NCBI GenBank assembly: GCA_963793055.1 | Contig: CAWBYS010000018.1 | Location: forward strand, 5,794 to 69,793 | Length of the DNA stretch: 64,000 nt | Source: an uncultured Actinomycetota bacterium | Lineage (GTDB): Bacteria; Actinomycetota; Actinomycetes; Mycobacteriales; Mycobacteriaceae | Direction of reading: 5' to 3' | Shown here: piece after piece, positions 41,928 to 53,067 of the stretch | How the letters are laid out: each line of letters starts with the position of its first letter | Numbering within the stretch: the first letter of the stretch is position 1 | Position numbers and translations under genes: made by a program | Notes under the pieces: model-generated | Databases searched by the model: none | Told to the model about the DNA's origin: nothing | Seen by the model: the letters and a program-made list of their open reading frames with translations, nothing else

Positions 41928-42805
41928 AGGTGTCCTTCTGTCGCCTTTCGGTTGGACACAGCATCGTCGATGGCCTCGGCGTACGGCGCGCAGTCCCCGG
42001 CTCCCGGTACCAGGGTCGCCAGGGCGCCCGCCGCGCAGGCCCGTCGCAGCGCGTCTTCATGCCCGTCACGCCACGCGGCGGCGAGCACGCCGGCGAACAC
42101 GTCGCCCGCACCCGTCGTGTCGACCGCCTCGACTGCGGGTGCTGTTACGTCGAACCGTTCGTCCTCGCCCAGATAGCTGGCGCCGCGGGAACCACGTGTG
42201 ATCACGAGATGCGGTACGGGCCAATGCCATTCGCGCGCTTCGGCCTCATTGACGACGACGACGTCGGCGAGTTCGGACAGCGCCAGAAGGTCGTGGGGCG
42301 GCGCGCCCGCAGGCGACGCATTGACGATGACGACCGCCCCCGCGGCGCGGCCGATCCGCGCTGCCGCGATCGCGGTGGGGATCGGTATCTCCAGTTGCAG
42401 CAGCACCAAGTCGCTGTCGGCGATGACAGCGCGGATGTCGGCAGAGGTCAGGGTCAGGTGCGCGTTTGCACCCGGCGCCACCACGATGGCGTTCTCCGCC
42501 GCGGAGTCGACCACGATGGCCGCCGTGCCGCTTGCCCCCGGAAGCGCGACGACGCCGTCGAGTCCGACGTCGTTGGCGCGCAGATGTGCGCGGAGCTGCT
42601 CGGCCGAGGAATCGCTGCCGAGGGCGGCAACCAGTTGCACGGAAGCCCCCGCCCTGGCCGCGGCGACCGCCTGATTGCCGCCCTTCCCGCCGGGCGATGA
42701 CGAGACCGCGGACGCCAGAACCGTTTGGCCGGGCCGGGGTAATGCGTCGACGGTGAATGTGAGATCGGCGTTCACACTGCCCACTACGCAGACGCGCGCC
42801 ACCAT
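41924..42805 (-). CDS. rbsK: Ribokinase
   Basis: VVGSVNADL, GGKGGNQA, LLQLEIP, VDTTGAGDVF. Confidence 0.95.
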   Translation of the reverse strand: MVARVCVVGSVNADLTFTVDALPRPGQTVLASAVSSSPGGKGGNQAVAAARAGASVQLVAALGSDSSAEQLRAHLRANDVGLDGVVALPGASGTAAIVVDSAAENAIVVAPGANAHLTLTSADIRAVIADSDLVLLQLEIPIPTAIAAARIGRAAGAVVIVNASPAGAPPHDLLALSELADVVVVNEAEAREWHWPVPHLVITRGSRGASYLGEDERFDVTAPAVEAVDTTGAGDVFAGVLAAAWRDGHEDALRRACAAGALATLVPGAGDCAPYAEAIDDAVSNRKATEGHL

Positions 42806-42867
42806 GACGCCAACGCTAGCCCAGCCCGGCTACCTGACAGGTGTCTAACGTCCGATACGCTGGCTGA

Positions 42868-44139
42868 ATGAGTGTGCAAGCACCGTCACGGAGCGGGGCG
42901 ACTCAAGGGCCTGAGCCTGACTTGCGCTCACAGGTCCACGACGCCGCCGGACGGGCCCGCGCCGCGGCTCGCACGCTGGGCACGCTGAGCACCGAAACCA
43001 AGAACCTGGCCCTGCACGCGGCCGCCGACGCCGTGCTGTCCCGTATGCACGAGATTCTCGCCGCCAACACCGTCGATCTCGACGCCGCGCGTGAGTCCGG
43101 CACCCCGGACGCCATGCTCGACCGGCTGGCGCTCAACCCGCAGCGCGTCGACGGCATCGCGTCGGGGCTGCGGCAGGTCGCGGGCCTGCCGGACCCGATC
43201 GGCGAGGTGTTGCGCGGACGCACCCTTCCCAATGGTCTGCAGCTGCGTCAGCAGAGGGTGCCGCTCGGAGTGGTCGGAATCGTCTACGAGGGCCGGCCCA
43301 ATGTCACCGTCGACGCGTTCGGCCTGACGCTGAAGTCCGGCAACGCGGTGCTGTTGCGCGGCAGTTCGTCGGCGGCGCACTCCAACGAGGCGCTCGTGAC
43401 CACGCTGCGCGGCGCACTGATCGGCGAAGACCTGCCCGCCGACGCGGTGCAGTTGCTGCCCAGCCACGACCGCGCAAGCGTCACGCACTTGATCCAGGCT
43501 CGCGGACTCGTCGACGTCGTGATCCCGCGTGGGGGAGCGGGATTGATCGATGCGGTGGTGCGCGACGCCATGGTGCCGACGATCGAGACCGGAGTCGGCA
43601 ACTGTCACGTCTACGTCCATGAAGCCGCCGACCTCGAGGTGGCCGAACGCATTCTGCTGAACGCCAAGACGCGGCGGCCCAGCGTGTGCAACGCCGCCGA
43701 GTCGCTGCTGATCGACGCGGCGATCGCCGACCGCGCGGTGCCGCGGCTGACGAAGGCCCTTCAGGACGCGGGAGTCACCGTGCACGACAACCCCACCGAG
43801 GACGAGCTTCGTGCCGAGTTCTTATCCATGGACATCGCAGTGGCTGTGGTAGACGGCCTCGACGCCGCCATCGCCCACGTCAACGAGTACGGCACCGGGC
43901 ACACCGAGGCCATCGTGACAACGAATCTTGCTGCTGCGCAGCGCTTCACCGAACGCGTGGACGCCGCAGCGGTGATGGTCAACGCGTCGACCGCGTTCAC
44001 CGACGGGGAGCAGTTCGGTTTCGGCGCCGAGATCGGTATCTCCACCCAGAAGCTGCACGCCCGAGGGCCGATGGGCCTGCCAGAATTGACGTCAACCAAG
44101 TGGATTGTGTGGGGAGACGGCCACACCCGCCCGGCGTGA
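42868..44139 (+). CDS. proA: Gamma-glutamyl phosphate reductase
   Basis: [45 protein letters not shown]. Confidence 0.98.
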   Translation: MSVQAPSRSGATQGPEPDLRSQVHDAAGRARAAARTLGTLSTETKNLALHAAADAVLSRMHEILAANTVDLDAARESGTPDAMLDRLALNPQRVDGIASGLRQVAGLPDPIGEVLRGRTLPNGLQLRQQRVPLGVVGIVYEGRPNVTVDAFGLTLKSGNAVLLRGSSSAAHSNEALVTTLRGALIGEDLPADAVQLLPSHDRASVTHLIQARGLVDVVIPRGGAGLIDAVVRDAMVPTIETGVGNCHVYVHEAADLEVAERILLNAKTRRPSVCNAAESLLIDAAIADRAVPRLTKALQDAGVTVHDNPTEDELRAEFLSMDIAVAVVDGLDAAIAHVNEYGTGHTEAIVTTNLAAAQRFTERVDAAAVMVNASTAFTDGEQFGFGAEIGISTQKLHARGPMGLPELTSTKWIVWGDGHTRPA

Positions 44140-44161
44140 ACCCGAGAACCTAGGAGAAGCC

Positions 44162-44200
44162 CCGATGAGCGCTTGCGCGAAGAGGATTGAACCACAGTGA
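44162..44200 (+). repeat. MIRU-like intergenic repeat, copy 1, with mini-ORF MSACAKRIEPQ
   Basis: CCGATGAGCGCTTGCGCGAAGAGGA; ATG 44165 to TGA 44200 overlapping the GTG of the next gene. Confidence 0.7.
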
Positions 44201-45072
44201 GCGTCCCCGCCCGCCCCGCCCCGATGTTCGCCGACATCGACGATGTCGCTCGGCGCCTGGCCGAAACCGGCTATCTACCCGACACCGCAACGGCCACCGC
44301 GGTATTCCTCGCCGACCGACTGGGCAAGCCGCTGTTGGTGGAAGGGCCGGCCGGCGTCGGCAAGACCGAGTTGGCCCGCGCGGTCGCGCAGGCGACGGGT
44401 TCGGGTCTGGTACGACTGCAGTGCTACGAGGGTGTCGACGAGGCTCGCGCGCTCTACGAATGGAACCACGCCAAGCAGATCCTGCGGATCCAGTCCGGCT
44501 CCGGCGACTGGGACCAGACGAAGATGGACGTCTTCAGCGAGGAGTTCCTGCTGACGCGTCCACTTCTGACGGCGATCCGGCGTACCGAGCCGACGGTGTT
44601 GCTCGTCGACGAGACGGACAAGGCCGACATCGAGATCGAAGGCCTGCTGCTCGAGGTGCTGTCCGACTTCGCCGTCACGGTCCCCGAACTGGGCACGATC
44701 ACCGCCGAAAGGGCGCCGTTCGTGGTCCTGACATCGAACGCGACCCGCGAACTGTCCGAGGCGCTCAAGCGCCGATGCTTGTTCCTGCACATCGACTTTC
44801 CCGATCCAGATCTGGAGCGGCGCATCCTGTTGTCGCGCGTTCCCGAACTGCCCGAGCATCTGGCCGAGGAGCTGGTGCGCATCATCGGCGTGCTGCGCGG
44901 CATGGCGCTCAAGAAACTGCCGTCGGTCGCTGAGACCATCGACTGGGGCCGCACGCTGCTGGCGCTGGGGCTGGACACGATCAGTGACGCGACGATCGCG
45001 GCCACCCTGGGAGTCGTTCTCAAACACCAGTCCGACCAAGTCAAGGCGTCCGGAGAGCTAAGGCTGAACTGA
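44197..45072 (+). CDS. MoxR/CoxD-family AAA+ ATPase (Rv2426c-like)
   Basis: EGPAGVGKT, RLQCYEG, LLVDETDK, TSNATRELSEALKRRC. Confidence 0.95.
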   Translation: MSVPARPAPMFADIDDVARRLAETGYLPDTATATAVFLADRLGKPLLVEGPAGVGKTELARAVAQATGSGLVRLQCYEGVDEARALYEWNHAKQILRIQSGSGDWDQTKMDVFSEEFLLTRPLLTAIRRTEPTVLLVDETDKADIEIEGLLLEVLSDFAVTVPELGTITAERAPFVVLTSNATRELSEALKRRCLFLHIDFPDPDLERRILLSRVPELPEHLAEELVRIIGVLRGMALKKLPSVAETIDWGRTLLALGLDTISDATIAATLGVVLKHQSDQVKASGELRLN

Positions 45073-46514
45073 TGGCCGTCCGCCGAACCCGCCCGCCACA
45101 GCCGCTGGCACCACACGGCCTTCCCGGCCATCTCGTCGGGTTCGTGGAAGCGCTTCGTGCGCAAGGGATTTCGGTCGGCCCATCGGAGACCGTCGACGCC
45201 GGCCGAGTGATGTCGGTGCTCGGCCTCGGCGACCGTGAGGTGTTGCGCGAGGGCCTCGCGTGTGCGGTGCTCCGACGCCCCGACCATCGCGACACCTACG
45301 ACGCGATGTTCGACCTGTGGTTCCCCGCGGCACTGGGCGCGAAAACGGTGCTCGATGGCGATGACTCCGACGACGACCTCGACGGTCTGCCGCCCGAGGA
45401 CGTCGACGCGATGCGCCAGGCACTTCTGGATCTGTTGGCGGACAACGAGGAACTGGCGAACCTGGACGAGCGGCTGGCCGCGATGATCGCCCAGATCGTC
45501 GAGGCGTACGGGCGCTACAACTCCAGCCGCGGCCCGTCGTACTCGTCGTATCAGGCGCTCAAGGCGATGAACCTGGACGACCTCGAGGGCCGGTTGCTTG
45601 CGGGTCTGCTCGCGCCGTACGGAGACGATCCGACACCGACCCAGGAGCAGATCGCCAAAGCGCTTGCTGCTCAGCGTATTACGCAGCTGCGCAGAATGGT
45701 GGAAGCGGAGACCAAACGGCGCACCGCCGAGCAGCTGGGCCGCGACCACGTGCAGATGTACGGCGTGCCGCAGCTGTCGGAGAACGTCGAATTCCTGCGC
45801 GCTTCGGGCGAGCAGTTGCGCCAGATGCAGCGGGTGGTGGCACCGCTGGCCCGCATGCTGGCGACCCGGCTGGCCGCGCGACGGCGGCGGTCCCGCGCCG
45901 GCGAGATCGACCTGCGGAAGACCTTGCGTAAGTCGATGTCGACCGGCGGTGTGCCGATCGACGTGGTGCTGAAGAAGCCGCACCCCGCGCGGCCGGAACT
46001 GGTGGTGCTCTGCGATGTGTCCGGCTCGGTCGCGGGCTTCAGCCATTTCACGCTGATGCTGGTGCATGCGCTGCGGCAGCAGTTCTCCCGCGTTCGGGTC
46101 TTCGCGTTCATCGACACCACCGACGAGGTGACCGAATTGTTCGGGCCCGACGCCGACCTCGCCGTCGCCGTGCAGCGCATCACTCGCGAAGCTGGCGTGT
46201 ACACCCGCGACGGCCATTCCGATTACGGCCACGCGTTCGTGTCGTTCATGGACAAGTGGCCGAACGTGCTGTCGCCGCGCAGCTCGCTGCTGGTGCTGGG
46301 CGACGGCCGCAACAACTACCGCAACCCCGAGCTCGACCTGCTGGCTCACATGGTCAACTCGAGTCGGCACGCGCACTGGCTCAACCCGGAGCCGCGGCAC
46401 CTGTGGGGCAGCGGCGACTCGGCCGTGCCGCGGTACGAGGATGTGATCACCATGCACGAATGCCGGTCGGCCAAGCAGCTGGCCTCGGTGATCGACGCGC
46501 TTCTTCCGGTCTGA
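45072..46514 (+). CDS. VWA/CoxE-family protein (Rv2425c-like)
   Basis: IDLRKTLRKS, MIDAS DVSGS, LGDGRNN, WLNPE; TGATG coupling. Confidence 0.93.
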   Translation: MAVRRTRPPQPLAPHGLPGHLVGFVEALRAQGISVGPSETVDAGRVMSVLGLGDREVLREGLACAVLRRPDHRDTYDAMFDLWFPAALGAKTVLDGDDSDDDLDGLPPEDVDAMRQALLDLLADNEELANLDERLAAMIAQIVEAYGRYNSSRGPSYSSYQALKAMNLDDLEGRLLAGLLAPYGDDPTPTQEQIAKALAAQRITQLRRMVEAETKRRTAEQLGRDHVQMYGVPQLSENVEFLRASGEQLRQMQRVVAPLARMLATRLAARRRRSRAGEIDLRKTLRKSMSTGGVPIDVVLKKPHPARPELVVLCDVSGSVAGFSHFTLMLVHALRQQFSRVRVFAFIDTTDEVTELFGPDADLAVAVQRITREAGVYTRDGHSDYGHAFVSFMDKWPNVLSPRSSLLVLGDGRNNYRNPELDLLAHMVNSSRHAHWLNPEPRHLWGSGDSAVPRYEDVITMHECRSAKQLASVIDALLPV

Positions 46515-46535
46515 GCTGCGCCGGTCGCGGCCCGA

Positions 46536-47276
46536 TCAGGCGGCGGTCGCGGCGCTGCCGGAAAAGTGAGCCATCAGTTCGGTTGCGACCTCTTCGGCGC
46601 GCTCGACCTGCCACCAGTGTCCACACGCGAGTTCGTGGTAGCGCGCCCCAGCGGCTGTCGCGGCGGCGCGTCCGAAGTCTGCCGTCTGGTATCGATCGTC
46701 CCTGCCCCACAACATCAGGCCGCGCGGGTACGTGGAGTTCGGGTCGAACGCCCAGTCCTCCAGATACGGCTCGGACCGGTACAGCGACAGCATATGCTCG
46801 AACATTCTGCGGTCCATGCCCGCCGCGACGCCGGTGGCGTCCAACTCGGGTACTCCCGCGGCGACCATCATGGCAGCGCGAGTATCCACATCGAGGCGCA
46901 GGAAGTGATCGCGCCAGCGCTCGCCCAGCCCGGTGGTCTGCCAGATCCGAGCCTGTCGGTGCCAGAGGAAGTCGTCCGCGCACACCCCGCCGCCGAGTGC
47001 CCAGGTGTTGACCAGATCAGGTCGGGCGAGGATGACGCCTTGACTGATGACCGACCCCTGGTCGTGTCCGACAAGGTCGACCGGCTGATTCATCGTTTCC
47101 AGCTGTTCGATCAGCCAATCGCGGTAGGCGTAGCGCGTCCCGCTGAAGCCGGCGGGCGCGTCGCAGCCGAAGCCCGGAAGCTGCACGGCGATCGTGTCGC
47201 GATCCGACAGGACTGAGCGCACCGGATCCCACACCGCTGCGGTGTTGGGTACGCCGTGGACAAAGACGACGGTCAT
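46536..47276 (-). CDS. Alpha/beta-fold hydrolase
   Basis: VFVHGVP, LPGFG, LVGHDQG, LWGRDD, CGHWWQVE; SD GAAGGG. Confidence 0.88.
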   Translation of the reverse strand: MTVVFVHGVPNTAAVWDPVRSVLSDRDTIAVQLPGFGCDAPAGFSGTRYAYRDWLIEQLETMNQPVDLVGHDQGSVISQGVILARPDLVNTWALGGGVCADDFLWHRQARIWQTTGLGERWRDHFLRLDVDTRAAMMVAAGVPELDATGVAAGMDRRMFEHMLSLYRSEPYLEDWAFDPNSTYPRGLMLWGRDDRYQTADFGRAAATAAGARYHELACGHWWQVERAEEVATELMAHFSGSAATAA

Positions 47277-47342
47277 TGATTCCCCTTCCTTCGCTGCAGT
47301 GACGCTGCAGGGCGTGGCCTCTTGAGGGAAGACCTCCGCCCT

Positions 47343-47395
47343 AATATAGCGAACGATCGTTCGTTCGACAAATCCGATCGATCGTACGGTATATT
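47343..47395. promoter_or_regulatory. Divergent promoters with twin TetR-type operators
   Basis: Perfect CGAACGATCGTTCG (47350-47363), imperfect CCGATCGATCGTACGG (47374-47389), outward-facing TATATT hexamers at both ends. Confidence 0.75.
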
Positions 47396-47401
47396 GGGGG
47401 A

Positions 47402-48034
47402 ATGGCAGATGCTCGGAAGATGGCAGGTCGACGCTCCGTCGTCGAGGCATCCAACACCCGCAGCAAGATCCTGGGTTGTGCCGCCGACATGGCATCCGTC
47501 GAGGGACTCGAGGGCCTGACCGTCGGCAGGCTCGCGACGGCGCTCGGTATGAGCAAGGCCGGCGTGATCGGTCAATTCGGCAACAAGCTCGAACTGCAAT
47601 TGGCGACCCTCGATTTCGCGGCCGCGGTATTCCGCGACGAAGTGTGGCGGCCTGCCGAACACGCCCCGGCCGGGATGCCGCGTCTGGTCGCGATCTGCCA
47701 CAGCTGGATGGACTACGCCGGACGTCCGGCGTTTCCCGGAGGCTGCTTCATCGCCGCCGCCTCCTTCGAATTCGACAGCCGTCCCGGTCCCGTGCACGAC
47801 GCCCTTGCCAGGTACATGCACCAGTGGCATTCACAACTGGTCGAGGACGCGGCGATCGCCATCGAGGCTGGAGATCTGCCTGTGGGCACCGATGTCGAAC
47901 AGATCGCGTTCGGTCTCGAGGCATTGGCCGCCAGCGTGTCTCCCACCCGAGGAATCTACGGTGACGGGCTCGCGGCTGAGCGTGTCAAGGACTCGATGCT
48001 CAGGCTGCTCGGCCAGCCGACAACGCGCCCTTAA
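47402..48034 (+). CDS. TetR/AcrR-family regulator
   Basis: EGLEGLTVGRLATALGMSKAGVIGQFGNKLEL, PGGCF..EFDSRPGPVHD. Confidence 0.93.
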   Translation: MADARKMAGRRSVVEASNTRSKILGCAADMASVEGLEGLTVGRLATALGMSKAGVIGQFGNKLELQLATLDFAAAVFRDEVWRPAEHAPAGMPRLVAICHSWMDYAGRPAFPGGCFIAAASFEFDSRPGPVHDALARYMHQWHSQLVEDAAIAIEAGDLPVGTDVEQIAFGLEALAASVSPTRGIYGDGLAAERVKDSMLRLLGQPTTRP

Positions 48035-48055
48035 CCTCCCGTAAGCTGGCTATTC

Positions 48056-48697
48056 GTGCAATCTCGACGCAGGCTGGGCGTGATGGGTGGGACGTTCGAC
48101 CCCATCCACAACGGTCACCTCGTCGCGGCCAGCGAGGTTGCCGACCTGTTCGAGCTCGACGAGGTGGTGTTCGTCCCCACCGGGCAACCGTGGCAGAAGC
48201 GGCACCGCCCGGTCACCGCCGCCGAGGACCGCTATCTGATGACGGTGATCGCGACCGCCTCCAATCCGAGGTTCTCGGTCAGTCGCGTCGACATCGACCG
48301 CGGCGGCCCCACCTATACCAAGGACACGTTGCGTGACCTTCGCGCGCTCAATCCGCACGCCGATCTCTACTTCATCACCGGAGCCGACGCGCTGGCGTCG
48401 ATTCTGTCGTGGCAGAACTGGGAGGAAATGTTCTCGATCGCCAAGTTCATCGGTGTGAGCCGCCCCGGATACGAGCTGCACGGTGAACACATCGCCGCCG
48501 CCATGAGGGAGCTCCCCGCCGAGGCGCTGAACCTCGTCGAGGTGCCCGCCCTGGCGATCTCGTCGACCGACTGCCGCAGGCGTGCCGAAAAGAACCGGCC
48601 GATCTGGTATCTGGTGCCCGACGGCGTCGTCCAGTACGTGGCCAAGCGCAAGCTGTATGCAGCCCAACCGGTTTCGACGCAAGGGGCACATAAATGA
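48056..48697 (+). CDS. nadD: Nicotinate-nucleotide adenylyltransferase
   Basis: [25 protein letters not shown]. Confidence 0.98.
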   Translation: MQSRRRLGVMGGTFDPIHNGHLVAASEVADLFELDEVVFVPTGQPWQKRHRPVTAAEDRYLMTVIATASNPRFSVSRVDIDRGGPTYTKDTLRDLRALNPHADLYFITGADALASILSWQNWEEMFSIAKFIGVSRPGYELHGEHIAAAMRELPAEALNLVEVPALAISSTDCRRRAEKNRPIWYLVPDGVVQYVAKRKLYAAQPVSTQGAHK

Positions 48698-49062
48698 GCG
48701 CGTCCGACGAAGCGCTTCAAATGGCGACCGTCGCCGCGAGGGCGGCCGCGTCCAAACTGGCCGACGATGTCGTGGTGATCGACGTTTCCGGCCAACTCGT
48801 CATCACTGACTGCTTCGTCATCGCGTCGGCATCCAACGAGCGTCAGGTCAACGCGATCGTCGACGAGGTCGAGGAGAAGATGCGCGTCGCGGGATACAAG
48901 CCCGCCCGCCGCGAAGGCGCGCGCGAAGGACGCTGGACACTTCTGGACTACGTCGACATCGTCGTGCACATTCAGCATCAGGACGAGCGCAACTTCTATG
49001 CGCTGGACCGACTGTGGCGCGATTGCCCGATCATCCCGGTCGATCTGGACGGCCAGTCATGA
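48694..49062 (+). CDS. rsfS: Ribosome silencing factor
   Basis: [28 protein letters not shown]. Confidence 0.97.
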   Translation: MSASDEALQMATVAARAAASKLADDVVVIDVSGQLVITDCFVIASASNERQVNAIVDEVEEKMRVAGYKPARREGAREGRWTLLDYVDIVVHIQHQDERNFYALDRLWRDCPIIPVDLDGQS

Positions 49063-49727
49063 GGATCCGCCGTCTGGTGATGCTGCGTCATGGGCAGACC
49101 GAGTACAACGCAGGCAGCCGCATGCAGGGCCAGTTGGACACCGAGCTGTCTGACCTCGGCCGCGACCAGGCTGTCGCCGCCGCCGAGGTGCTCGCCAAAC
49201 GGCAACCGATGGTGATCGTCTCGTCGGACCTACGGCGGGCGCTGGACACCGCGGTCGCGCTGGGCGAGCGCGCCGGGATGCCGGTGCTCGTCGACACCCG
49301 GCTGCGCGAGACGCATCTCGGCGACTGGCAGGGCATGACGCACATCGAGGTCGATGACGCTGCGCCGGGCGCCCGGCTGGCATGGCGGGAGAACGCCCGA
49401 TGGGCGCCGCACGGCGGGGAAAGCCGGGTCGACGTCGCCGCGCGTGGCATGCTAGTGGTCACCGAGCTCATCGCCGAGCAGTCCGAGTGGGGAATCGACG
49501 AACCGGAACGGCCGGTGGTGCTGGTCGCCCACGGTGGGCTGATCGCCGCGCTGACCGCTGCGTTGTTGGGCCTGCCCGTGGACAATTGGCCGGTGCTGGG
49601 TGGGATGGGCAACTGCAGCTGGGTCCAGCTGTCCGGGCACAGCGATGACGACGCCGCGGCCCAGGACGTCCGCTGGCGACTCGATGTGTGGAACGCTTCA
49701 GCGCAGGTTGCCAACGATGTCTTGTGA
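49059..49727 (+). CDS. gpgP: Glucosyl-3-phosphoglycerate phosphatase (histidine phosphatase)
   Basis: [32 protein letters not shown]; synteny rsfS-gpgP-octT. Confidence 0.9.
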   Translation: MRIRRLVMLRHGQTEYNAGSRMQGQLDTELSDLGRDQAVAAAEVLAKRQPMVIVSSDLRRALDTAVALGERAGMPVLVDTRLRETHLGDWQGMTHIEVDDAAPGARLAWRENARWAPHGGESRVDVAARGMLVVTELIAEQSEWGIDEPERPVVLVAHGGLIAALTAALLGLPVDNWPVLGGMGNCSWVQLSGHSDDDAAAQDVRWRLDVWNASAQVANDVL

Positions 49728-50448
49728 ACCGGCAGCGAAGCCCACGCTGCTGATCTTCTGCGACTCGCTGGCCTACTACGGACCGACCGGTGGACTGCCA
49801 GCTGATGATCCGCGGATCTGGCCCAATATCGTTGCCTCGCAGCTGGGTTGGGATGTCGAGCTGATCGGCCGCATCGGCTGGACGTGTCGTGACGTCTGGT
49901 GGGCCGCCACCCAGGATCCGCGGGCGTGGGCGGCGCTGCCACGGGCAGGGGCGGTGGTCTTTGCGACGGGTGGCATGGACTCGTTGCCGTCGCCGCTGCC
50001 CACGGCGTTGCGAGAGTTGATTCGGTACGTTCGGCCGTCGTGGTTGAGGCGATGGGTGCGCGACGGTTACGGCTGGGCTCAGCCCCGACTGTCACCGGTC
50101 TCCCGGGCCGCATTGCCGCCGCACGTGTCGGTCGAATATCTCGAGATGACACGCGGTGCAATCGATTTCAACCGGCCGGGCATCCCGATCGTGGCGTCGC
50201 TGCCGTCGGTGCACATCGCGGAAACCTATGGCAAGGCGCATCACGGCCGGGAGGGCACGGCGAAGGCCATCACCGAATGGGCCGAACGACAGGACATTCC
50301 GCTGGTGGATCTCAAGGCGGCGGTCGGCGAGTATGTGATGACCGGGCAGGGCAATCCCGACGGCATCCACTGGAATTTCGAAGCACATCAAGCAGTCGCG
50401 GAGCTGATGCTCAAGGCGCTCGCTGAGGCCGGTGTGCCGTGCCTGTGA
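49717..50448 (+). CDS. octT: Diglucosylglycerate octanoyltransferase (SGNH fold)
   Basis: [22 protein letters not shown]; synteny. Confidence 0.88.
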   Translation: MSCEPAAKPTLLIFCDSLAYYGPTGGLPADDPRIWPNIVASQLGWDVELIGRIGWTCRDVWWAATQDPRAWAALPRAGAVVFATGGMDSLPSPLPTALRELIRYVRPSWLRRWVRDGYGWAQPRLSPVSRAALPPHVSVEYLEMTRGAIDFNRPGIPIVASLPSVHIAETYGKAHHGREGTAKAITEWAERQDIPLVDLKAAVGEYVMTGQGNPDGIHWNFEAHQAVAELMLKALAEAGVPCL

Positions 50449-51272
50449 AGGTGGTGACGGACTCGTCGTGTCGCCTGCAACCGGACGAGCTCAAGCAGTG
50501 GGATATCCGACAGGTGCCGTTGCATGTACTCGTCGACGGAGCCGACCTGCGCGATGGCATCGACGATGTGCCTCACGACATTTTCGATCGCCCGCGCGCC
50601 ACGACGTCGGGCGCGACTCCGCTGGCTTTGACCGAGACATATCGGGAGGCGCTGGCGGACAGCGACGGCGACGGCGTAGTGGCAGTGCACATTTCGGCCG
50701 CCCTGTCGAGTACCTACGGTTCGGCAGCGCAGGCGGCCCGGGAGTTCGGTTCATCGGTTCGGGTGGTCAACTCGCGATCGGCGGCCATGGGTGTGGGATT
50801 CGTCGCGCTCGCTGCCGCAGAGGCTGCGGTGTCGGGGGCGGACCTGGATACCGTTGAGGCCGCGGCACGTTCGGCGGTGCCGCGCACCCGCGCTTTCATC
50901 GTCGTGCATCGGTTGGACAACTTGCGGCGCAGCGGGCGGATCGGCACCGCCGCGTCGTGGCTGGGCACGGCTTTGTCGCTCAAGCCGCTGTTGTGTCTGG
51001 ATGAGGACGGCAGGCTGGTGCTGGATCAGCGAATCCGGACGATCACCAAGGCGCATGCGGCGATGATCGACCGGGTGGTCGAGGCCGTGGGGGACCGCGG
51101 CGCCCACATCACCGTGCACCACGTCGACAACCACGACGGTGCCGACGAAGTGGGCGCGGCGCTGACCGCTCGGCTTCCGCAGATCGAAGCGCTCACCGTC
51201 ACCGACATGGGACCGGTGCTGTCGATCCACGTCGGCGCGGGCGCGGTCGGCGTCGTGGTGCAGACGGACTAG
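50439..51272 (+). CDS. DegV-family fatty-acid-binding protein
   Basis: [39 protein letters not shown]. Confidence 0.94.
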   Translation: MPVKVVTDSSCRLQPDELKQWDIRQVPLHVLVDGADLRDGIDDVPHDIFDRPRATTSGATPLALTETYREALADSDGDGVVAVHISAALSSTYGSAAQAAREFGSSVRVVNSRSAAMGVGFVALAAAEAAVSGADLDTVEAAARSAVPRTRAFIVVHRLDNLRRSGRIGTAASWLGTALSLKPLLCLDEDGRLVLDQRIRTITKAHAAMIDRVVEAVGDRGAHITVHHVDNHDGADEVGAALTARLPQIEALTVTDMGPVLSIHVGAGAVGVVVQTD

Positions 51273-51365
51273 CGACCGCAGTCTTTTAATTCCCCACAGT
51301 TGCGCATGCAAAGAGATATTGTTGAAAACGTCAATAAGACATTTTCTGATTGGGGGGAATTGATC

Positions 51366-51908
51366 ATGGGCGACATCAACACGGCGGCCGAAATCACCGG
51401 CGCTGAGGACTACCCAGACTCCGACGACGAGATGGTCGAAAGCACGATCGAGGTCACTCCGGACGTCTTACGAATTTTGGGAGAGGACACTCTCGCCGAC
51501 ACGCACGGCCCTTCGACGGCCGAATCACGCACCATCCATCTGCGTGACCGCGACCTGAAGACACACGACGGTGTTGCGGTGTGCAGGCTCACCAGCCCGG
51601 TATTGACGGTGACCCGGATGACGAATCCAACGACGGGCACGCCGTACCTCCTCTTCACGTTCCGGTACAACGTGACTTCGCTCGGCTACAAGGCCCCGCG
51701 CGGCATTGTGCAGTCGATGGAGTTCTGGAATGCCGACGGGGGGACGATCTTCCAGTGGGGATTCGACGGCATGTTGGAGACCCTGAATTGCGACGACAAC
51801 AATCGGTTGGAGTCGTGGATCTGGCGGTGGGCCCAAGACGTCGATTGGTTCGACCTCTGGCGGCGATGCCGCTGGCTGCATCATCACTGGACCGTCGAGC
51901 CCTGCTGA
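51366..51908 (+). CDS. Orphan hypothetical protein, acidic N-terminus and Trp/Cys-rich C-terminus
   Basis: 180-aa ORF with GGGGGA SD, AT-rich upstream region, mostly G/C third positions; no family recognised. Confidence 0.7.
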   Translation: MGDINTAAEITGAEDYPDSDDEMVESTIEVTPDVLRILGEDTLADTHGPSTAESRTIHLRDRDLKTHDGVAVCRLTSPVLTVTRMTNPTTGTPYLLFTFRYNVTSLGYKAPRGIVQSMEFWNADGGTIFQWGFDGMLETLNCDDNNRLESWIWRWAQDVDWFDLWRRCRWLHHHWTVEPC

Positions 51909-51923
51909 GGCAAAGCCGTTGGA

Positions 51924-52982
51924 TCAGACCGCCAGGCGTCCGATGATCGGCGGCAGGTCGGCCAGCGTCACGATGCCCGGCGCGGCGGCGACGACCGCCG
52001 GGACCGCGTTGGTCACCGGCATCGCGGTGTAGATCATGCCCAGCCCCATGAAGCCGGGCTCGGTCCAGTCTCTCGGCGGCAGGCAATGCAGCACGGTGCG
52101 CATGTTGGGCAGCCCGAACACCTGGATGACGTGGCCGTGTTCCAGCGGCTTCGGCGGCGTGACGTGTTGGCCCATGATCCAGTTGAAGCCCACACTCACG
52201 ACGTTCTTGTCGCCGACCCAGCCGCGGTGATAACCGTAGACGCCTGCGACCGTGCCCTCCGGAATCTGCATGAAGCCAAGGTCGCTGTTCCCGGTCGCTG
52301 GCGTGAAGGTGACATCGAACGTCATCCGATCGAGCTTGGCGCCCATGGCATCTGCCATCATCGCCGCCGATTCGGCGAAGACCTCGCTTTCGCGGCGAAC
52401 ATTCTCGGCCAGCCCAGGGGTGTCAGGGTCTTGTGAAAAGCCCATCGCCGTCTGGGTTCCGGCCGATTCGTACGTCGAGCAGTCCACCGACTCGGTGATT
52501 CGAACCTCGTCGACGCGCTCGCAGGCGCCACTGAGAACCATTCCCACCATGTTGGTCATCCCCGGATGAGCTCCGCTGCCGAAAATGGTGGCTTTACCTG
52601 TCTCACATGCTTTTCGGATGCGATCGAGATCCTCGGGAGATTGCTTGCCTCCGGTGATCCATGCCGCGCTGGAGCACACGTTCACACCCGCTTCCAGCAG
52701 CTGGACCAGCTCATCGATGTTGGGCCACAACGGGTTATAGCAACACGCGTCGGGCTTCAGAGCGATCAGCGCTTCGACGTCATTGCTCGCGGTCACGCCG
52801 GTGGATTCGGGCCAGCCGGCCAGCTCCGCGGCGTCGACACCGACCTTGTCGGCGCCGTGCGCGTATACGCCGACCAACTCCATGTCGTCTCGGCCAATGA
52901 TCGCGTGCAACGACCGCCTGCCGATGTTGCCGGTTGTCCACTGGATGACGCGGATCGGCTGGTGATGGGTTGATGTCGGCAT
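51924..52982 (-). CDS. Dihydrodipicolinate-reductase-like NAD(P)H-dependent amine dehydrogenase family protein
   Basis: RVIQWTTGNIG, KVGVDAAEL, LLEAGVNV, GSGAHPG, NAVPAVVAAAPGI. Confidence 0.85.
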   Translation of the reverse strand: MPTSTHHQPIRVIQWTTGNIGRRSLHAIIGRDDMELVGVYAHGADKVGVDAAELAGWPESTGVTASNDVEALIALKPDACCYNPLWPNIDELVQLLEAGVNVCSSAAWITGGKQSPEDLDRIRKACETGKATIFGSGAHPGMTNMVGMVLSGACERVDEVRITESVDCSTYESAGTQTAMGFSQDPDTPGLAENVRRESEVFAESAAMMADAMGAKLDRMTFDVTFTPATGNSDLGFMQIPEGTVAGVYGYHRGWVGDKNVVSVGFNWIMGQHVTPPKPLEHGHVIQVFGLPNMRTVLHCLPPRDWTEPGFMGLGMIYTAMPVTNAVPAVVAAAPGIVTLADLPPIIGRLAV

Positions 52983-53067
52983 GACGTCTCCTCCGATTAG
53001 CGTCCGGTTCGACTAGACAGTAGCGGTCAGTATGTCCATCGAGGTTCGTCTGGTTGGATGATCCGAC

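Noticed and set aside
44197-46514. AAA+/VWA pair as a defence or novel system
   Set aside because: Ordinary conserved CoxD/CoxE-type pair downstream of proA in mycobacteria
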